Source: Paraspadella gotoi | Lineage: Eukaryota > Animalia > Chaetognatha | Direction: 5' to 3' | Assembly: GCA_051294375.1 (NCBI GenBank) | Contig: CM119268.1 | Span: forward strand, 1,819,486-1,883,485 | Length of the DNA: 64,000 bases | In this document: in pieces, positions 60,157 through 64,000 of the stretch | Position numbering within the stretch: the first letter of the stretch is position 1 | Layout: every line of letters starts with the position of its first letter | Translations under genes and position numbers: made by a program | The notes under the pieces: model-generated | What the model was told of the DNA's origin: nothing | Database searches by the model: none | What the model saw: only the letters and a program-made list of their open reading frames with translations

Positions 60157-63100
60157 ATGGAACCTAAACTTACTTTGTTGATGAAGAATCTCGGCCTCAA
60201 TCTGATTCCTTTGGAGGATTTTTTGTCAAAACGAGCACCCGGCTTTTCCATCGTGAACCCATCGCGCGACTCGACGGATTTTCGCGCCTTCGTCTCCTCG
60301 CTTTTTGTTCACGATGACGAAACCCTGGGCGCCTTCCCGATCCCCGCCGAAGGCCGCCCTAAGAAATCATCTTCTACCATGTCTCTCGTTCGCGAAGTCG
60401 CCCAACGATTGGCCAACAAGGGCGCGGAAAACGTCCTTGCCGCCGTTTCAGCCGTTAATTGGGTCCCCGGCGTCGGCGGCAAGTTTCAGCGCCGCGTCGG
60501 CGACGGCCTCGGCAGCCTCTCGTTCTTTTCGCACGTCCGATGGGCCGCTTTGCACGCGCGCCTCGGCGACGAGGCCTTCGCACTATTGTTGACCGATCGA
60601 TCCATGTTTGCTCTCGCGGGCGGAGGGACGTATCTAGTGCAGTTGACCGGGAAGTCGACGTCGCGAGCTATTAGCTGCCGGGGACGTTCCGCGCGGGGCC
60701 GCAGGAGGCCGGCGAGATCGAGGTCAAGCACGACCCCGGCTGTGAAAAAGCCGAGACTCGAAGTTTCCGTGGCTTCCGCAAACAGCGGCCAGAAGCGCAA
60801 GGAGGAAAAGCTTAAACTTTTAAAAGAACGGAGAAAGGCGTTTCGTCAGTCGGTGGCTTCGACGACGCCGCGAATTCCGCGCTACGACGGCAAAAAGCGA
60901 TTGCCCCGTTCTTCCATCATGTACGCGACAGACTTGCGCGAGCGTCTATGTCTGTTCGGACGAGATCGAAAAGCGATCTGCGACGACAGCGACGCCGGAG
61001 AAAAACTCGCGGTCCACGTCTGGTTTTGCCCTCGACTCGACGCGGTCGGTCCGCTGGGCGACGCGCATCACCCTCGCTGCCTCTACTCCAAACCCTCTGA
61101 GAAGTGGGAGGAAAAATCTCTGGCCTCCATCAACGGGCTTCCCGAGGCTGTCAAGAAGGCCTTTTTGGCAAAGGTCGGCCCGCTTTGTCGAAGCGCGATG
61201 GTCAACTTTAAAAGATTACACGTTCCATCCGTTCTCGCCCGTTTTTGCCCGTTGCCCGACGATTTTCGAGGTTGGAAATGGAGGGCGTTGACGGATCGAG
61301 TCTCCTCTCTTCATACTCCCGCCGTCAAAGTTTTTCTTCTGGTCAGGTTTATCCTTCTCGCCGTCGTCCCCGCGGAAATGTGGGGTTCGCAAGAAACTCG
61401 TCGACTTTTTCTCAGAAAATTAAAAAGGTTTGTGACGATGGGGCGAACCGACGTCATGAGTTTGGGTTACGTCATGTATGGAGTCAAAATTTCCGGTTTC
61501 GATTGGACATCGTCACTAACCCTCTCGGTCGCTAAGGAGGATGCCGTTGCCAAATTTTATTGGTGGGTCCTATCCTCGCTCTCTTGCGACATTCTTCGAT
61601 CGTTCTTTTATGTCACCGAGATGGACCACCGTCCGCGCTCCTTGCTGTTTTTCCGCAAAAACGTTTGGCGCCGGCTTCGCGGCGTCGCCTTGAACAACTA
61701 CGTGCTCAGCGAGAATTTCCAAAAGCTTTCGCCCGGCGTCGCCGAAGAGAAGCTGGCGCGCGAGGAATCTCTCGGCGCCGCCAGCCTTCGCTTTGTCCCC
61801 AAGCAAAAGTCTCTCCGACCCATTCTGCGGATGAAGAACTCCTCGGATCCAAACTCGGATGTCAACGCCAAACTCGCCGACGCCTTCAAGTTTTTGAAGA
61901 TGTCCAAATCTCGAAGGCCTTCCTCGATCGGGGTCGGCATTTTCGGAAGGTCGGATTTCTTGAAAAAATATCTGTCTTTCCGAGAGACGGCGGATCGTCG
62001 TGGGCGTGGAGTTTATTTCATGGTCAAGATCGATGTTGACGATTGTTACCAAACGATCGATCAAAAGAAACTCTGCCGAATAATCGACGGGATCGGCGAA
62101 TATCATTCGGAGATGATAATGGCCGACCAGCGTTTCGATTACGTCACGTTGACGGGGAATCGACCCAAAGTCAATCGAGCCTCGGTTACCATTTTGAAAA
62201 AAGCCTCCGAAGAGTCGCCGTCGTTCGGCGAATTGGCCAATCTGGCTCATGAGCGCGACCGGTTTTACGCCGCGATCATAGAAGACCGTTGTTTCTCGGG
62301 ATGCAAAGCGGAAACGTCTCAGATTTGTCGAGTTTTGAAGGATCACATTACCAACACATTGATCAAAGTAGAATCCGACTACTACTTGATGAGCAGAGGT
62401 CTCGCCGCCGGCTGCGTGGTGTCCTCGTTGTGCTGCAATCTGTACTACGGAGATTTGGAGAACACTTCTCCCCCGGCCGGCGACGCGGAAAACTGTCTCG
62501 TCGTTCGCGAAATCGACGACTATCTCCTAATTGCCGATCGAATGGAGACGGCCCAACGTTTCCTGACGTCGTTTTCCCGCGGATTCCCAGAATATTCGAT
62601 GTACGTGAAAAGAAGTAAAACTTTAACTAACTTTCCCTTTGCCTCTCGTTGTTACGAAGCTCCCGCGCTGGACTCTTCTTGCGCGCGAGTATATCCCGCG
62701 GTGGCTCGATCGAGAGATTGTCGTTCGACGGCCGATTCGTGGTTTCCCTGGTGCGGATTCCTCTTCGACGACCGCACCCTCGAGGTTCGCTTTGATTTCG
62801 CTCGCTACGACTGGCGACGACCGCGGTTTATGCGACAAAGTATCTCCGTCTCTTACGGTCACCGTTGGTCCACGAAGATCCTCGTCGACGCCGTCAAGTC
62901 GAACGTCAAGAACTTGGGTTGGCCGCTTTGCTTCGCTCCGCCGGTCAATTCCCGCCGCGTTCGCCTCCGCAATTTCCTAGAGTTTTTGGTTTTAGTTCTC
63001 CGAAAGCTCTACACCCTTGATCGCGAGTTACGCCCTTTTTCCGCGCGACTCCATTGCGACCCCGAGACATTCGTCGACATCGTGGTAACGATCTCCCGGG

Positions 63101-63342
63101 TTGCTCGCTCGCGGATAGAGGCCGCAACGCGTCATGCGTTGCGTAAGCTCGGAAAAAGCGCGAGTCGCGTGATTCGAAGGGACGCGGCGATCTGGCTCGG
63201 TTACGAGGCCGCAGCCATCGCTTTCCATCCCAATCGGGGCCAATTTGGTCGATGTCTAAAGGCAGTTCGTCACCGGCAGAGAATGTACGCGGCTTCGATG
63301 AGAAAAGATTTCCAGTTCATTCGCTCGCTTTCAGTTTTATGA
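60157..63342 (+). CDS. TERT: Telomerase reverse transcriptase, single exon
   Basis: TEN/GQ (W..LH.RLGD..VQLTG), CP, QFP-like, T motif (FFYVTE..FFRKNVW), motif 1 LRFVPK, motif 2 LRPI, motif A KIDVDDCY, motif C IDDYL, motif E WCG. Confidence 0.93.
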   Translation: MEPKLTLLMKNLGLNLIPLEDFLSKRAPGFSIVNPSRDSTDFRAFVSSLFVHDDETLGAFPIPAEGRPKKSSSTMSLVREVAQRLANKGAENVLAAVSAVNWVPGVGGKFQRRVGDGLGSLSFFSHVRWAALHARLGDEAFALLLTDRSMFALAGGGTYLVQLTGKSTSRAISCRGRSARGRRRPARSRSSTTPAVKKPRLEVSVASANSGQKRKEEKLKLLKERRKAFRQSVASTTPRIPRYDGKKRLPRSSIMYATDLRERLCLFGRDRKAICDDSDAGEKLAVHVWFCPRLDAVGPLGDAHHPRCLYSKPSEKWEEKSLASINGLPEAVKKAFLAKVGPLCRSAMVNFKRLHVPSVLARFCPLPDDFRGWKWRALTDRVSSLHTPAVKVFLLVRFILLAVVPAEMWGSQETRRLFLRKLKRFVTMGRTDVMSLGYVMYGVKISGFDWTSSLTLSVAKEDAVAKFYWWVLSSLSCDILRSFFYVTEMDHRPRSLLFFRKNVWRRLRGVALNNYVLSENFQKLSPGVAEEKLAREESLGAASLRFVPKQKSLRPILRMKNSSDPNSDVNAKLADAFKFLKMSKSRRPSSIGVGIFGRSDFLKKYLSFRETADRRGRGVYFMVKIDVDDCYQTIDQKKLCRIIDGIGEYHSEMIMADQRFDYVTLTGNRPKVNRASVTILKKASEESPSFGELANLAHERDRFYAAIIEDRCFSGCKAETSQICRVLKDHITNTLIKVESDYYLMSRGLAAGCVVSSLCCNLYYGDLENTSPPAGDAENCLVVREIDDYLLIADRMETAQRFLTSFSRGFPEYSMYVKRSKTLTNFPFASRCYEAPALDSSCARVYPAVARSRDCRSTADSWFPWCGFLFDDRTLEVRFDFARYDWRRPRFMRQSISVSYGHRWSTKILVDAVKSNVKNLGWPLCFAPPVNSRRVRLRNFLEFLVLVLRKLYTLDRELRPFSARLHCDPETFVDIVVTISRVARSRIEAATRHALRKLGKSASRVIRRDAAIWLGYEAAAIAFHPNRGQFGRCLKAVRHRQRMYAASMRKDFQFIRSLSVL

Positions 63343-63840
63343 TTCCTTTGAACTGTGATTAAACCTTTGCAAATAGACAAACAATAAACGAATATTATAC
63401 ATCAGTAAATAATGAGTCTCGAGATAATCTTCTTCACAGAATTGTCTCCATCGCACTTACCGGTGACTTTACTAAAAATTCTTCAGTAATCAGTAACCTA
63501 TGTCTATGATCTTGTTTTATGGTATTTTTGCTATTTCATCACCTTAGTTCTAGTATTTCAACATTTCTGGAATAAATTTCAGCATGATTTTTTCGCGATG
63601 CTTGCCCCGTTGATCAATATTTCAAAACGTTTGGTTAAATTCGAACTTGTTATGCTTCACCTTTTGTTGCAGCCGCCCATCGCTCGAAGTAAGTCGGGGT
63701 GTTTCAAACTTTAAACCAACATCAGCTTCCGCCCTTGAACAAATTATTAACGAACAAACTTTAGAAGAAGACTTTTAATAATTTAATTCGACTCGGTCTT
63801 CTACCCCGATTCTTCTGTTCTCGTTATAGAATTGGAAACC

Positions 63841-64000
63841 ATGTCGGAAACCTTCGCTTACCCGCCCGTCCGTCGCGACGATACCGTCGTCGAGACTCTC
63901 CACGATCGAGTCGTTCCCGACCCTTACCGCTGGCTGGAGGATCCCGACTCGAGCGAGACCAAAGCTTTCGTCGACGCCCAGAACGATCTGACACGGCCCT
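63841..64000 (+). CDS. PREP: Prolyl oligopeptidase (5' part, truncated by window)
   Basis: [41 protein letters not shown]. Confidence 0.92.
   Translation, partial: MSETFAYPPVRRDDTVVETLHDRVVPDPYRWLEDPDSSETKAFVDAQNDLTRP

Noticed and set aside
60157-63342. Reverse transcriptase ORF as a retrotransposon
   Set aside because: It has the telomerase-specific T, CP and GQ motifs and no endonuclease, gag, LTR or poly(A) tail.

Overview
Eukaryotic, most likely invertebrate metazoan, genomic DNA. It has GC/CpG-rich exons, short AT-rich spliceosomal introns (mostly 55-110 nt) and very short T-rich intergenic spacers. I assembled 34 gene models by hand. 32 of them lie head-to-tail on the + strand across the whole 64 kb: ALDH6A1, CCDC28, ABCB7, a GNAT, a frameshifted Ph-type SAM gene, CRAMP1, UCHL5, a discoidin-like ORF, MCTS1, NDC1, USP39, GNL2, IAH1, a carbonyl reductase, ACOT7, RPL17, PCYT1, an orphan ORF, an ankyrin/SOCS-box gene, an extended-PHD gene, EXD3/Nibbler, SCARB/CD36, GXYLT, COMMD9, DPAGT1, AASDH, TIMM9, USB1, PAK1IP1, GTF2A1, TERT and PREP. 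Many stop-to-start gaps are only 110-220 nt. The only two minus-strand genes encode membrane proteins: a CD225/dispanin gene, and a scramblase nested entirely inside DPAGT1 intron 1. The main candidate system is therefore a very long unidirectional, operon-like (possibly polycistronic or trans-spliced) housekeeping gene array. Other notable items: an intronless TERT with atypical RT motifs A, B' and C; two GC-rich structured intronic islands near 29.2-30.8 kb; a fold-back element; and possible alternative 5' exons. All gene names come from recognising protein motifs by eye. No database search or folding program was run, and exon boundaries are manual.
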